From NCBI GenBank assembly GCA_963706955.1, contig CAVPOC010000004.1, forward strand, positions 110,277 through 174,276: DNA of 64,000 nucleotides, given 5' to 3'. The DNA is from an uncultured Verrucomicrobiae bacterium. GTDB lineage: Bacteria; Verrucomicrobiota; Verrucomicrobiia; Chthoniobacterales; Terrimicrobiaceae. Numbering within the stretch: position 1 is the stretch's first letter; the number at the start of each line of letters is the position of its first letter. A program made the translations under genes and the position numbers. Below are positions 30,905 through 42,480 of this stretch, piece by piece. The notes under the pieces were generated by a model that was not told the DNA's origin, did no database searches, and was given only the letters and a program-made list of their open reading frames with translations.

Positions 30905-32115
30905 TGAATCGAGCTGATCCTGTTCCCGATGCCTTGGGGCACTTTGGCCCATACGGCGGCCGGTTTGTTCCCGAGACGCTGGTGAGTGCCCTCGAAGAGC
31001 TGGAGCTTGAATATCAAAAGGCGCGAACCGACCCTGAGTTCCGCAAGGAGTTCTCCAGCCTACTGGCAAATTATTGCGGGCGCCCGACGCCGTTGTATTT
31101 CGCGGAGCGCCTAACTGGACGGTTGGGAGGAGCGAAGATCTATTTGAAACGCGAAGATCTTCTCCACACCGGAGCCCACAAGATCAACAATGCCGTCGGG
31201 CAGGCTCTGCTTTGTAAACGCATGGGAAAGAAGCGGGTTATTGCCGAAACTGGGGCCGGCCAGCACGGGGTCGCCACCGCGACGGTTGCCGCGCGGTTTG
31301 GCTTCGAATGTGTCATCTATATGGGAGTCGTCGACATGAAGCGCCAATCGCTCAACGTCTCACGCATGCAGTTTCTCGGCGCGACAGTCGTTCCGGTCAC
31401 TGCGGGCCAGGCAACGCTCAAAGAAGCGATCAACGAGGCAATGCGCGACTGGGTGACCAACGTAAGATCGACTCATTACGTTTTGGGCACCGCGTACGGC
31501 TCACATCCTTACCCGATGATGGTCCGGGACTTTCACCGCATTATCGGCGACGAAGCGCGCCGGCAGGTGCTTCAACGCGAGGAACGGCTGCCAGACCTTC
31601 TCGTCGCTTGCGTCGGCGGCGGGAGTAATGCGATCGGGCTGTTCTATCCTTTTCTGGAGGACGAGAGCGTGCGCATGGTCGGGGTGGAGGCCGGTGGCGA
31701 AGGGATTATCCGAGGACGTCACGCCGCCCGTTTCCAAGGCGGAAAACTCGGTGTGCTCCAGGGCGCAAAGACTTGGCTGCTCGCCAATGAGGATGGACAG
31801 ATCGAGCTCACCCACTCGGTTTCTGCCGGTTTGGACTATGCGGCAGTGGGACCGGAACACTGCTATTTGCACGACATTCGTCGAGTCGACTACGATTACG
31901 CCACCGACAGCGAAGCACTAGCGGCCTTTCGGCTGCTTGCCGAGGTGGAGGGCATAGTTCCGGCCCTGGAGTCGGCCCACGCGGTCGCGCACGCAATTAA
32001 AGTGGCGCCCAAAATGAGAGCCGATCAAATCATCATCATCAACTTGTCGGGTCGCGGCGATAAGGATGTGGCGCAGGCGGCGGAATTCCTCTTGAAGGAG
32101 GATGTTCTCGACTAA
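30904..32115 (+). CDS. trpB: Tryptophan synthase beta chain
   Basis: [53 protein letters not shown]. Confidence 0.97.
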   Translation: MNRADPVPDALGHFGPYGGRFVPETLVSALEELELEYQKARTDPEFRKEFSSLLANYCGRPTPLYFAERLTGRLGGAKIYLKREDLLHTGAHKINNAVGQALLCKRMGKKRVIAETGAGQHGVATATVAARFGFECVIYMGVVDMKRQSLNVSRMQFLGATVVPVTAGQATLKEAINEAMRDWVTNVRSTHYVLGTAYGSHPYPMMVRDFHRIIGDEARRQVLQREERLPDLLVACVGGGSNAIGLFYPFLEDESVRMVGVEAGGEGIIRGRHAARFQGGKLGVLQGAKTWLLANEDGQIELTHSVSAGLDYAAVGPEHCYLHDIRRVDYDYATDSEALAAFRLLAEVEGIVPALESAHAVAHAIKVAPKMRADQIIIINLSGRGDKDVAQAAEFLLKEDVLD

Positions 32116-32272
32116 GGCGTAACTGCACGAGGATTGGAAAAGCTTTAGACGGCGCTGGCCAAGCGCCTGTGGATTTTGCCGTCGCTTGAGAAGAAGCGCT
32201 GCTACGCGACCACCTTGGAACCGTGCTCGCGCCGGGCAGGTAGCTGGATAATTGCGTCAGATGGGCTGCGGT

Positions 32273-34103
32273 CTATGCGGCCACCGCTTCCTCCTGGTGA
32301 AACTGCAGCTGATACAGCTTGCGGTAAAGACGGGACTTCTCCAGCAAAGAGGTGTGTGGGCCGATGTCCACGATCCGGCCATGGGCCATCACCACGATGC
32401 TGTCCGACTTCAGAATCGTCGAGAGCCGGTGTGCGATCGCAACCACAGTGCGCCCGTGAGCAAGGCGCTCAAGAGCCGCTTGGATCATCCTCTCCGATTC
32501 GGAGTCTAGTGCCGAGGTCGCTTCATCGAGCAACAAAATGGGGGCGTTTTTTAGCAAAGCGCGCGCGATGGCCAGGCGTTGCTGCTGACCGCCTGAGAGC
32601 AGGCATCCCTTGTCGCCGACGACCGTGTCGTAACCCTCCGGCTGAGCAAGAATGAAGTCGTGTGCGTAAGCGAGTTTGGCGGCAGCATGAATCTCGGCTT
32701 CGGTGGCAGTCAGGCGCCCGTAGCGGATATTTTCATAGATTGTGTCGTGAAAGAGAAAGGTCTCCTGGGTCACGATTCCAATGTGCTCGCGAAGGGAGCG
32801 CTGCTGAATGGTGCGAAGATCGCGCCCGTCGAGCTCGATGACACCTTGCTGCGGATCATAAAAGCGCAGCATCAGCGAAAGCATAGTCGTCTTGCCGGCA
32901 CCACTCGCGCCAACGAGGGCGTATTGCTTCCCTGGCTCGATCTCGAGACTGACATTCTGCAGAGCAGGCGCGTCCTGCCCGTAAGAGAAACTCACGATTG
33001 CGAAAGGAAATCCTTCCGGGACACTGGCTGATTGCCGTCGCGTCGCTGGCATCTTGGATGGCCGGCTTTAAGCTCATCAGGTCGAAAACGTTCGTCGTCG
33101 ACGAGAGACATTTCTGCATCAGCATCGGAATTCTGCTGAGAGACTTCAGCGGATTATAAAGCAGGAAAATTCCCGAGCAGAGCGCGATGAACTTCATAAA
33201 GCTAATATTGAAATAATAGACATAGAGGATCGCGAGCACGACGCCACAGGCGGAAACTGATTCTATAAGGGGTTGGACGATGTCAGTGGCCCTGCGCACT
33301 CTCATGCTGTTTTGACATTGAATGGCACTCGATTTCTCAAACTGCGCAATCTGGTAATCTTCGCGCGCAAACGATTTGATAACCCGCACTCCGGCAAAAC
33401 TCTCCTGCAGAATGACAGCCATCGTGCCTGCCTCGTTCTCTTCGGCGGTTCCGGCCTTGCGCACTTTTTTTCCGAAGATCAACACGGGAACGATGCAGAT
33501 CGGAAAAAGGACAAGGGTGGTCAAACTGAATCGCCAGTCCATTGCCACCAAAACCGCCACTCCCACAATCACGGCAATCGGATCCTTGACGATGTTTCCG
33601 GCAATGGAGGTAAGGGCATTTTGGGCCATTCTCGTGTCATTGAGAACTCGCGAAATCAGCTTGCCCGACTTCGCCCGATTGAAAAATTCCAGGGACTGCG
33701 AAATGAGATGCTGAAAAAGCTTGGTGCGAAGATCCTGGAGAACGCGCGCGCTCACCCACGCCATACAATACCCGTTGAGGAAGGAGAAAACACCGCGCGC
33801 GACCATCGCTATTGGAATAAGAAGGCTGATCCAGAGAACACCCTCGATGCCCGGGCCTGAGTCCTGCCCGGCCGTGATCGCCAGCTTGTAGGCGTTGGGG
33901 TCTTGTCCGGCGGGAAAGATCCTCTCGCCGACCAGCTTAACGACCAAAGGGAAAACGCCATTGAGCATGCCGGCAGCAACTCCGCAGAGAAGTCCAACGA
34001 CAAACCTGCTCCGGTACGGCTTCATGTATTGCGCGAGCGTCCAATACGGACGCCAGCCCTGCCGCAGCAGTTCGATGAATGATAGTTTCTTCTTTTCCGG
34101 CAT
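32273..34103 (-). CDS. ABC exporter, MsbA-like permease/ATPase (frameshift near 33000)
   Basis: TM domain in 32856..34103, NBD in 32273..33052 with GASGAGKT, LSGGQQQR, LLLDEATSALD. Confidence 0.88.
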
Positions 34104-34143
34104 TAAGGTTACTACCTATAGCACTTTTGCGTTCGCTCGAATT

Positions 34144-35229
34144 CTAAAAAGCGCTCCCCTCCGTCAAGATTCCGAAGTAGGCGTCCCAGATTTCCTCTCC
34201 CCCGAAGATCCAGAAAAGAGCGCCAAAGGCCAAAAATGGACCGAATGGGACACGCGCACCGGCTTTGTCTCTGGCCAAGAAAATGCCCGCGAACGCGGCC
34301 GCGCATCCGACGATTGATGCAGTCGCCAGCGCAAAAAGCACGGCTTTCCAGCCAAGAAAAGCTCCGATGGCCGCGATCAGCTTGACGTCGCCGAAGCCCA
34401 TCGCTTCCCGAGGGATTGTCACCCCTCGGAGGGTTCCCGTGATCGCCTCGAGCTTGTCTAAGGGCGTCTCTTGATCGGCGACGATCATTCGATCGTGACG
34501 AAACCGCAAGACCGGTCTGTCGCCGGCGATGCTCGCGCTGGCGCATTCGAGGACCAACTCATCGGATTCCCGGGCAAAGATGTCATCCCAACAGAAAACT
34601 TCCTCCCCGATTTGCAGGGTCATGGCGCCTTCGCTCGGTCGCACCGCGAAGGGCTCTTCCTTCTCAAAACGGTGCCGCTTCTTTCCAAAGGCGAGCTTGC
34701 CGATTTCGACAATAGCCCACAAAAGAGCGAAACCGAACGCGGCTGCGCCCAACGAAAGCCAAAAGCTTTGGGCATGGGAGGTCGTTTGCATCATCCCCGG
34801 GAACAGAGCGCTGAGAAACAGACCCATAGCGATTCCGCCGAGCGTAAGTTCATCCGGTATCAGGAAGTGTTCGAGATCGATAAAAGTTGCAGTGAGAAGG
34901 AGTGCCACGAAGATCGAGTAAACCGCAGCCAGCGGAAAAGCGAAGCGCACCCACACAAGAACAAACAGGAAAGCCGTTAAAAGCTCTACCAGGAGATACC
35001 GAAAGGAAATTTTGGCTCCGCAGCTGGAGCACCTTCCCCGCAAGAGAAACCAGCTTAAGACCGGCACGTTTTCACGCCATGGAATTGCGCCAAGGCAGAG
35101 CGGACAAAACGACCGCCGCGGTTCATTGAGCGAGATGCCCCGTGGCAACCGATAAATACAGGCATTCAGGAAGGAACCGACGATTCCTCCAATCACCGCC
35201 GCGAGGACGGCAAGGATGGCCTCGCTCAT
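34144..35229 (-). CDS. pilD: Prepilin peptidase (A24) with internal soluble insertion
   Basis: GSFLNACIYRLP, RSFCPLC, LRGRCSSC, FIDLEH, AMGFGDVKL, PFGPFL. Confidence 0.92.
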   Translation of the reverse strand: MSEAILAVLAAVIGGIVGSFLNACIYRLPRGISLNEPRRSFCPLCLGAIPWRENVPVLSWFLLRGRCSSCGAKISFRYLLVELLTAFLFVLVWVRFAFPLAAVYSIFVALLLTATFIDLEHFLIPDELTLGGIAMGLFLSALFPGMMQTTSHAQSFWLSLGAAAFGFALLWAIVEIGKLAFGKKRHRFEKEEPFAVRPSEGAMTLQIGEEVFCWDDIFARESDELVLECASASIAGDRPVLRFRHDRMIVADQETPLDKLEAITGTLRGVTIPREAMGFGDVKLIAAIGAFLGWKAVLFALATASIVGCAAAFAGIFLARDKAGARVPFGPFLAFGALFWIFGGEEIWDAYFGILTEGSAF

Positions 35230-35819
35230 TCTCTTTCAAGTTCCGCTTCCGCGATCTCACAGAGAACATGAAGCAGAAACTTGTGCGCTTCCTGGATGCG
35301 CGCAGTCGAGTCTGAGCCAACAATTAGGTCGATGTCGGCGGCCCCTGCCGTGAAGCCGCCTCCTTTGCCCAGCAACGCGATGGTTTTCATTTCGCGGCGA
35401 CGTGCTTCCTCGATGGCGGAGAGGACATTGCGAGACTTTCCGCTCGTGGACAGGGCAATCAAAACATCGCCAGGCTTTGCGAATGCTTGCACCTGACGCG
35501 CGAAAATCTCCTGAAAACCGTAGTCGTTGCCAATTGCCGTGAGAAGCCCCCCGTCGGCGCTCAAGGCAATTGCCGGATAAGGACGTCGATCTTCTTTGAG
35601 TCGGCACGTGAACTCGGAGGCAATGTGCGAGCTATCGCTAGCGCTTCCTCCGTTTCCACAGACGAGCAGTTTTCCGCCAGCCCGTAAGGAGGTCGTGACG
35701 ACCTCAACGGCACGAATCAAGTCGGCTTCGATGGCACGTAAGTTCTTGAAGGTGTCAAGAGCTTCGTTGATCGAGGATTGGAATGGCGTCAGGCTGCCAG
35801 CCGTTGCGGTGCGAGGCAC
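35226..35819 (-). CDS. gmhA: Phosphoheptose isomerase (SIS domain)
   Basis: CGNGGSASDSSH, TAIGNDYG, LSTSGKS, TARIQEAH. Confidence 0.9.
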   Translation of the reverse strand: MPRTATAGSLTPFQSSINEALDTFKNLRAIEADLIRAVEVVTTSLRAGGKLLVCGNGGSASDSSHIASEFTCRLKEDRRPYPAIALSADGGLLTAIGNDYGFQEIFARQVQAFAKPGDVLIALSTSGKSRNVLSAIEEARRREMKTIALLGKGGGFTAGAADIDLIVGSDSTARIQEAHKFLLHVLCEIAEAELERE

Positions 35820-36304
35820 AGTCGGGAATCTTCTTTAAGAATTTGTTTCAGAGCGGGCCAATCTGCAATGTCCATTTCGCAGAACAAATTGAGGTAAGCA
35901 ATCACGGCGAAGCGAGATTGATTCTCGAGCAGCGGATTGATCGCCTCCATGAGGCGATCTACGGGCGGTTCGTCTGGAAGAGTCTCCAACAAGCCGCGGC
36001 CGTCATGCTCAACACCGAGACTCTCGAGGAAGGTGCAGACCAGTTGCCGATGAGCTCCAAGCAGCCAGGTTTGGAGCACCTCAGTGGCCGCGTCGTCATT
36101 ACTCTTCCGAGCCAGCTCGGTGTGCATCCATGCATGGCGCTCCACGCGAGTCTTTCGCTCGAGGACAATAGGACGAAGCTTTCGCCGCGTGGCGAGCACT
36201 TGAAGGCACGCGCGATAGGCCCGTTTGTCGCTGGCGTAAAGGTATTGAAAGATCTCAGCCGCCGCTTCGTCAGGAAATCGTTGCAAAATCTCGTAGACTT
36301 TCAT
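35789..36304 (-). CDS. Hypothetical protein
   Basis: MKVYEILQ start; WLLGAHRQLVCTFLESLGVEHDG; leads the gmhA-pilD-ABC run. Confidence 0.7.
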   Translation of the reverse strand: MKVYEILQRFPDEAAAEIFQYLYASDKRAYRACLQVLATRRKLRPIVLERKTRVERHAWMHTELARKSNDDAATEVLQTWLLGAHRQLVCTFLESLGVEHDGRGLLETLPDEPPVDRLMEAINPLLENQSRFAVIAYLNLFCEMDIADWPALKQILKEDSRLCLAPQRLAA

Positions 36305-36410
36305 GCTTGGGCTTTGGCCCGCGTCGCCAGAATCGGAGTGGGAAAACACGCCCGAGTCAAGCACGCTGAAAATTTGACAGGAGGCATCAAAGCCGCTTGT
36401 ATGCCGCCCC

Positions 36411-36923
36411 ATGAGGAAACTCCTCACATTCGGTTTGTTGTCAATCGCGTTCGCCTCCTGCTCGACGCCGCCGGAGCCTGCTACCAAGCTCGAGCGCGCC
36501 GCCGTTTTGCCGCTGGAGATCAATGATAATTTTCAAATCCGCAAGATCAAACAAACCTTCTTTGCCGAGGGCCCAGTGCCGGAGACGGAAAGTGAGCCGG
36601 TCAATTTTGAGCGCAGACGCTTGGAATGGGGAGCAGTCGATCGCATGCAACTGCAAATGCGCTATGGGAACTATTACCAGTTCTTCTGGCGCACCTCAGA
36701 GCAGGCCGACGTGACCGTCCGGCTGGAATACCGCCAAGCTGCACTCGGCAATTATGTCATGGCTGTGGAGCGTTATTATCCGCAGGCGAAAGGCTCCTAC
36801 AGGTCGGAATTCGACACCGCTGGCGACGAGTTTCTGGAAAATGGTCGCGTTACCTCCTGGCGACTCCTGCTCATCGTCAATGGGCGGATTGTAGCCTTCA
36901 GGCAATCCTTTATGTGGCGCTAA
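36411..36923 (+). CDS. Putative lipoprotein
   Basis: MRKLLTFGLLSIAFASC lipobox-like signal; C-terminal beta-rich region ending SFMWR. Confidence 0.75.
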   Translation: MRKLLTFGLLSIAFASCSTPPEPATKLERAAVLPLEINDNFQIRKIKQTFFAEGPVPETESEPVNFERRRLEWGAVDRMQLQMRYGNYYQFFWRTSEQADVTVRLEYRQAALGNYVMAVERYYPQAKGSYRSEFDTAGDEFLENGRVTSWRLLLIVNGRIVAFRQSFMWR

Positions 36924-36978
36924 GGCCCGGGAGGTATTTGACAGCGCTTGCTTAGCTGGGGTAGTTTCTCGCACTAGT

Positions 36979-37503
36979 GTGAACACAACATCGTCCGTCC
37001 AGGTCGGCTGCGTTGACCGTGCCGTCTGGGTAAAGGTAGAAGGTCGCGGGACCTTCCAAAATAGCGCGGGTCTCAAGGAGTTTGTTAAGCAGATGATCCA
37101 GCGCGGATACAGGGATTTTGTGGTCGACCTCCGCGATTGTGAACAGATGGACTCTACCTTCATGGGAACGCTCGCGGGAGTTGCCCTCCGGCTTCGCGAG
37201 CTCGGGCAAGGCGGTCTGCGCACGATCAATGTCAATGATCGCAACTGTGGTCTCCTGAGCAGTCTCGGACTAGATCAGCTCTTCCATGTGGAGGGCGTCT
37301 CCATGGACGAGAAGAGCCAGCCGAGAGATCTGGAACTTCGCGAGACGGTGCAGAAAAAGATGGATCACAAGGAACAGAAGCGCGCCGTGCTCGAAGCGCA
37401 CGAGGCGCTTGTCGAAGCGGATGCTGCCAACGCCGTCAAATTCAGAGATGTCCTTGAGTATATGCGGCATGAACTGAACGTCTCCGATTCCGAAAGGACA
37501 TAG
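36979..37503 (+). CDS. STAS domain anti-sigma factor antagonist
   Basis: VVDLRDCEQMDSTFMGTL phospho-acceptor motif; LGLDQLF. Confidence 0.9.
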   Translation: MNTTSSVQVGCVDRAVWVKVEGRGTFQNSAGLKEFVKQMIQRGYRDFVVDLRDCEQMDSTFMGTLAGVALRLRELGQGGLRTINVNDRNCGLLSSLGLDQLFHVEGVSMDEKSQPRDLELRETVQKKMDHKEQKRAVLEAHEALVEADAANAVKFRDVLEYMRHELNVSDSERT

Positions 37504-37532
37504 GAGCCTAGAGTCCTGGTTCATGCAGCCCG

Positions 37533-38960
37533 ATGTGGACATATATCTTCCTTGCGCTATTCTTTGGCACCCTAATCGCCTTGTTGGTGGTATTGAACAC
37601 CTTCACAAGGCGCATCAGCGAGCTCGAGCGTAAACGAGCTGATCTGCAGGTCGAGGAAGACCGCGTCTTTGCTTTTCTTCATGGGTTGGGGGAAGCGTTT
37701 TCCGAAGGGGTTAGTTCTAACGAGCTTCACCGTCTGATTGTTGAGAGTGCGGTTCGCATTCTCAATGCGCACGGCGGGGCCCTTTACTTGATGGACAAAG
37801 CGGATCCAATTCTCATCCCCGCTTTCGTCTCAAAGGGATGTCCCGCGCTCATCGAGGTGCCGGTGCACATTCTCGACCAAGCCTCCGGAAATCATTTGGC
37901 GTTGGACAGCTACCTGCGGCTCAGCTCGGTCCGACGAGGTGATGGCATCGTCGGCAAGGCAGTGGAAAGCGGGCAGTCGAGACTGTATTCCGAAGAGGAC
38001 CTTGCCTATGCTCTTTCCCCAGGCGATCTCATGGCGCATTCAGCCATTGTCGGCGCTCTGGCATATCGACGAAAGATCTTGGGCGTGCTCGCCCTGGCCA
38101 ATGGCCCGATGAGTACGCCATTTTCGGAAAAGGACCTGACCGTTTTCAAGACGATTGCTGAGCAATCCGCCTTCGCTCTCTACAATGAAGTGATCTACCT
38201 CGAAGCCGGAGAAAAAAAACGCCTCGATCACGATCTGGAAATTGCTCGGGAGATCCAGGCGATTCTGCTTCCCTCGCGTCCGCCCGCCGTGATCGGTTAT
38301 GAGCTGAGTGGCATCAACGTGCCGGCGCGTCAGGTGAGTGGCGACTATTACGACTATATTCGAGTGGACGATCGGCGCGTCGGTGTGGCCATTGCTGATG
38401 TTTCGGGGAAGGGAGTGCCGGCCGCATTGATCATGGCCATGTGCCGAAGTGTTATTCGCAGCGAGGCCGTTGGGAAAACATCGGCTGCGGAGGTGCTTAG
38501 ACGCGTCAACCAGCAGCTCTATCCTGACATCAAGGAGGACATGTTTATCAGTATGGCCTATCTTATTATCGACTCTTCGACCCCTAATGTCACGCTCGCT
38601 CGTGCAGGACACGACGCGCCCCTGTTTTATCGAGCGGTTAATCAAAATGTTGACAAATTGACTCCCAAGGGCATGGCTCTCGGCATTGACAGTGGCGAAG
38701 TCTTCAATAGAGTCACCGCCGACTTCTCCTTTGAGCTTGCGGTCGACGATTGCCTGCTGCTTTACACCGACGGCGCAACGGAAGCCCTGGATGAAGAGGG
38801 AATGGAGTTTGGACTGCCTAGACTGATGCGTGCACTCCAGTCCAGTGCCGCAAAAGGAGCTACCGGCATCGTCAAGCGCCTGACGGAGGAGGTAAAGAAT
38901 TTTGCGGGGAATTTTCCCCAGCATGACGACATTACACTGATTGCCATTCGTAAAAGATGA
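37533..38960 (+). CDS. Membrane-anchored GAF + SpoIIE/RsbU (PP2C) phosphatase
   Basis: N-terminal TM helix, GAF region, AREIQ, VSGDYYD, ADVSGKG, AGH, YTDG, DDIT. Confidence 0.93.
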   Translation: MWTYIFLALFFGTLIALLVVLNTFTRRISELERKRADLQVEEDRVFAFLHGLGEAFSEGVSSNELHRLIVESAVRILNAHGGALYLMDKADPILIPAFVSKGCPALIEVPVHILDQASGNHLALDSYLRLSSVRRGDGIVGKAVESGQSRLYSEEDLAYALSPGDLMAHSAIVGALAYRRKILGVLALANGPMSTPFSEKDLTVFKTIAEQSAFALYNEVIYLEAGEKKRLDHDLEIAREIQAILLPSRPPAVIGYELSGINVPARQVSGDYYDYIRVDDRRVGVAIADVSGKGVPAALIMAMCRSVIRSEAVGKTSAAEVLRRVNQQLYPDIKEDMFISMAYLIIDSSTPNVTLARAGHDAPLFYRAVNQNVDKLTPKGMALGIDSGEVFNRVTADFSFELAVDDCLLLYTDGATEALDEEGMEFGLPRLMRALQSSAAKGATGIVKRLTEEVKNFAGNFPQHDDITLIAIRKR

Positions 38961-39508
38961 ATAGCACACCGGAAATCGAGCCAGAAGATCAGACCACAAC
39001 AGGCCCATTGCCGCAAGGCGATGCCGCCATTCAGGAGGAGCAGGTCCCGTCCGCGGAAAGCCCCGCCAGCGAAGTGGAGAAGTACAAGGATGCCGCTCTT
39101 CGTGCCCGAGCAGACTTGGACAACTATCGCAAGCGGGTCGCCCGCGAGAAAGAGGATGCCATCCGCTACGCTAATAACTCATTGCTGGAGAGCCTCGTGC
39201 CCATTTTGGACAATTTCGAGCTTGGGTTGGAGGCAGCTAAAAACACGCCCGATGCGACAGGAATAGTCCAAGGACTGCAAATGGTGCGCAAGCAACTGGA
39301 GGACTTCCTTCGCGATCACGGCGTTGAGATTGTTAATGCGGAGGGAAATCCCTTTGATCACAACCTTCATGACGCTGTTGCTCACGAGCCGAGTGCCGAT
39401 GTCGCTGAGGGAACAGTGATCCGTCAGCTCCGCAAGGGCTTCAAACTGAAAGATCGCTTGATTCGCCCCGCTAGCGTGATCGTCTCAAAAGGGCCGGCGA
39501 CCTCATGA
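38957..39508 (+). CDS. grpE: Nucleotide exchange factor GrpE
   Basis: [45 protein letters not shown]. Confidence 0.96.
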   Translation: MNSTPEIEPEDQTTTGPLPQGDAAIQEEQVPSAESPASEVEKYKDAALRARADLDNYRKRVAREKEDAIRYANNSLLESLVPILDNFELGLEAAKNTPDATGIVQGLQMVRKQLEDFLRDHGVEIVNAEGNPFDHNLHDAVAHEPSADVAEGTVIRQLRKGFKLKDRLIRPASVIVSKGPATS

Positions 39509-40641
39509 CTGGAAAACGCGACTACTATGAGGTGCTCGGCGTCGGCCGTGATGCCAGTGATGAGGATATAAAACGAGCCTACCGCAAACTGGCTGTAAAG
39601 CTTCATCCCGATAAAAACCCGGACGATCATGCTGCTGAAGAGCGATTTAAGGAATTAGGGGAGGCATACGAAGCGCTCAGCGATCCGCAGAAACGTGCAG
39701 CCTACGACCGCTACGGCCACGCCGCCTTTCAGCAAGGCGGTTTTGGAGCTGGAGGTGGATTCCATGATCCTTTCGACCTGTTTCGAGAGGTCTTCGGAGC
39801 TGCAGGCGGGGGCGGAGGAATTTTCGAACACTTCTTCGGCGGGACCCAGACCGATGGATCAGGGCGCCAGCGGGGAGCGGATTTGCGTTACGACATGCAA
39901 ATCACGCTCGAGGAAGCCGCCAGCGGCTGCGAAAAAGAGATTGAAATCCGCAAGCTCGACATGTGCGATGTCTGCGAAGGCTCTGGGGCGCAAAAAGGCT
40001 CGCAGGCTGTTACGTGTTCGGTTTGTCGCGGGCGTGGTCAGGTGGTCGCCTCGCGCGGGTTCTTCCAAGTCGCGCAAACCTGCCCAAACTGCCAGGGAAC
40101 TGGTCGAGTCATCGAAAAGCCGTGTCGCAAGTGCCATGGCGATGGACGGGTGGAGCGAACCTCCCGAGTGAAGCTCAAAATTCCCGCGGGTATCGACGAG
40201 GGCGCGCGGTTGCGCAGTGCGGGCGGCGGCGAGGCAGGGCTTCGCAACGGATCTCCCGGTGACCTATATGTGGTCATCCATATCAAAGAGCACCAAATCT
40301 TTCAACGCGATGGCATGGACCTCCACTGCGAAATGCCGATCCCCTTCGCAATCGCAGCGTTGGGTGGGGAAGTGAGAGTGCCGACTTTAGGCGGTGCCGT
40401 GAATCTGAAGATTCCTGCCGGAACGCAGAGCGACAGTGTTTTCAGGGTTCGCGGCCAGGGATTGCCGTCTTTGCAGGGCTCAAGTCGCGGAGATATTCTC
40501 GCTCGGGTTCAGGTGGAGGTGCCGACACACTTGAACTCTGAACAGCGCAAGGCTTTGGAACACTTCGCTCAGCTATGTGGGGAAGACAACACCCCCCTCC
40601 ACAAGAGCTTTACCGATCGGCTCAGAGATTTTTTTGCCTAA
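39505..40641 (+). CDS. dnaJ: Chaperone DnaJ
   Basis: J-domain HPD, G/F region, four CxxCxGxG repeats. Confidence 0.97.
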   Translation: MTGKRDYYEVLGVGRDASDEDIKRAYRKLAVKLHPDKNPDDHAAEERFKELGEAYEALSDPQKRAAYDRYGHAAFQQGGFGAGGGFHDPFDLFREVFGAAGGGGGIFEHFFGGTQTDGSGRQRGADLRYDMQITLEEAASGCEKEIEIRKLDMCDVCEGSGAQKGSQAVTCSVCRGRGQVVASRGFFQVAQTCPNCQGTGRVIEKPCRKCHGDGRVERTSRVKLKIPAGIDEGARLRSAGGGEAGLRNGSPGDLYVVIHIKEHQIFQRDGMDLHCEMPIPFAIAALGGEVRVPTLGGAVNLKIPAGTQSDSVFRVRGQGLPSLQGSSRGDILARVQVEVPTHLNSEQRKALEHFAQLCGEDNTPLHKSFTDRLRDFFA

Positions 40642-40744
40642 ACAGCTTAAAATTAAGATGGGAGGGTCACGTGATCAGCATCTTGCGTGACATACTGCCG
40701 CGTGAAATCCGCATCCGGCGACGCCTGAGCGAAATGAAGCAGCC

Positions 40745-42216
40745 ATGTTAATCACATGTGAGGAAATGCGCCGCGCGGAGAAAGCGGCGTTTGCTCGCGG
40801 AGTCCAAGCTGAAGACCTGATGGAGGAGGCGGGTCGCGGCGTAGCTGAAATCGTCCGCCAATTTCACAACGTCCCCGGGATATGCATCGTCTTCTGTGGG
40901 AAAGGTCACAATGCTGGCGACGCACTGGTGGCGGGACGCTACCTCGCGTCGTGGGGTTGGTTGATCGACGTTCGTTTTGCGTTCTCCGCAGCCATGCTGG
41001 CTCCCCTGACGGCTAGAAAGTTGGATCAACTGGCTGAAACAGGGCGTGATCTTCCGGCAGGTAATTCGACGGTAGTCCTTGACGGACTCCTCGGCATCGG
41101 TGCCAAAGGAGAGCCGCGTGGAGAAATCGCGCTGGCTATTCAGTCGATAAACCGGCTGAGGCGGGAACAGGGGGCTTGGGTCCTCGCCATTGACATCCCG
41201 AGCGGACTCGATGAAGCCACTGGCGCTCCAGCTTCAGTTTGTGTCACGGCTGACTTGACCGCAGCGATCGCTGTCGCGAAAGATTGCCTCGTCGCAGACG
41301 CCGCCACTGACGTCGTCGGACGCCTGGCGGTGATTGAATTGAAGGAACTCCCGCAGCCCGAGTCTGCCCGATGGCATCTTTCCACCTCGAAGTCCATTCA
41401 GGCTTGGCTGCCTCCGCGCTCGTTCGATCTGCATAAGGGGGACTGCGGCAGGGTGGGCATTATCGCCGGGTCACGTGGCTTCACAGGTGCGGCTCGTCTT
41501 TGTAGCGCAGCGGCACTTCGCGCGGGAGCCGGACTGATTACTCTGCTTGTCGAAATCTGACTGCTCGGACATGTTGGCGACCTCTGCCGTTCCAGAGGTA
41601 ATGGTGAAAACCGTTATGAGCTATCGGGAGATCCTTGACCTCCGGTTTGATTCCCTGGCAATTGGACCAGGATTAGGCTCCGGCTTCGCGGCAGAGATCT
41701 TGTCTATTATCGAGCATGCGGAACAACCGCGTAGTCGTTGACGCTGACGCCATAAACGTGCTCTCACAAGACGTTGGGCTCCTTAAGCGTTGCGCGGGAC
41801 CGCGCCTGCTCACACCACACCCGGGAGAGATGGAGCGGCTTTTCCCACGGGAGGGTCGCGAACGCCGTCAATGGCTGGACGATTTCCTCTCAGAATACCC
41901 GATCACCTTGCTTCTGAAAGGCGCGCGAACACTGATTGGCGAGGCAGAGGATGCCAGATTTATTAACAGCACTGGAAACCCCGGCATGGCCAGCGGAGGG
42001 ATGGGGGATGTGCTCACCGGAGTTTGCGCCGCACTGTGCGCTCAAGTGATCAGCAGGAACCTTCTCCAATCTGCCGTTGTCGGAGCGTGGGTTTGCGGTC
42101 GGGCCGCTGAATGCGCCGTCTTCAGTGGTCGAGACTCGCCCGAGTCCCTTTGTGCCACCGCGGTGCTCGACAACCTCGGGTCGGCGTTTCGAAGCTTGCG
42201 CGCTGGGGAATTTTAG
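40745..42216 (+). CDS. nnr: Bifunctional NAD(P)H-hydrate epimerase/dehydratase (YjeF), two frameshifts
   Basis: LMEEAG, CGKGHNAGDA, DGLLGIG, DIPSG, HKGDCG; GPGLG in second frame; VVDADA, LTPHPGE, GGMGDVL in third. Confidence 0.9.
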
Positions 42217-42282
42217 TCACCTTGAAAGAAGGGGCGTCCATTCGGACGTGCAAGAACCGGACTCCTGAACGATAATATCGAC

Positions 42283-42480
42283 ATGGAAACGTCAAAACAA
42301 TCGACCGGCCCAGAAAAGTCCAAAAAAGACGAGTCGAAGGACGTCGAGCAGCCTGTCAAAAGCGTAACGGACCCAGCGCGATCAGCCGATCCTAAGGATC
42401 AGTCTCCGGATACATCCCCCGACGAAGAACCAGGAACCTTCGACAGGGTGTATGAGCACGGCAGACAGATGGGCTTTTAG
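42283..42480 (+). CDS. Small acidic hypothetical protein
   Basis: ATG ORF filling the gap, low-complexity, ends FDRVYEHGRQMGF. Confidence 0.5.
   Translation: METSKQSTGPEKSKKDESKDVEQPVKSVTDPARSADPKDQSPDTSPDEEPGTFDRVYEHGRQMGF

Noticed and set aside
36930..38956. CIRCE operator ahead of grpE-dnaJ
   Set aside because: No TTAGCACTC-N9-GAGTGCTAA match was seen by eye.
38040..39008. Long antisense ORFs (this 322-aa one, also 46732..47592 and 47604..48413)
   Set aside because: They lie opposite well-supported genes, as expected from GC-rich codon usage.
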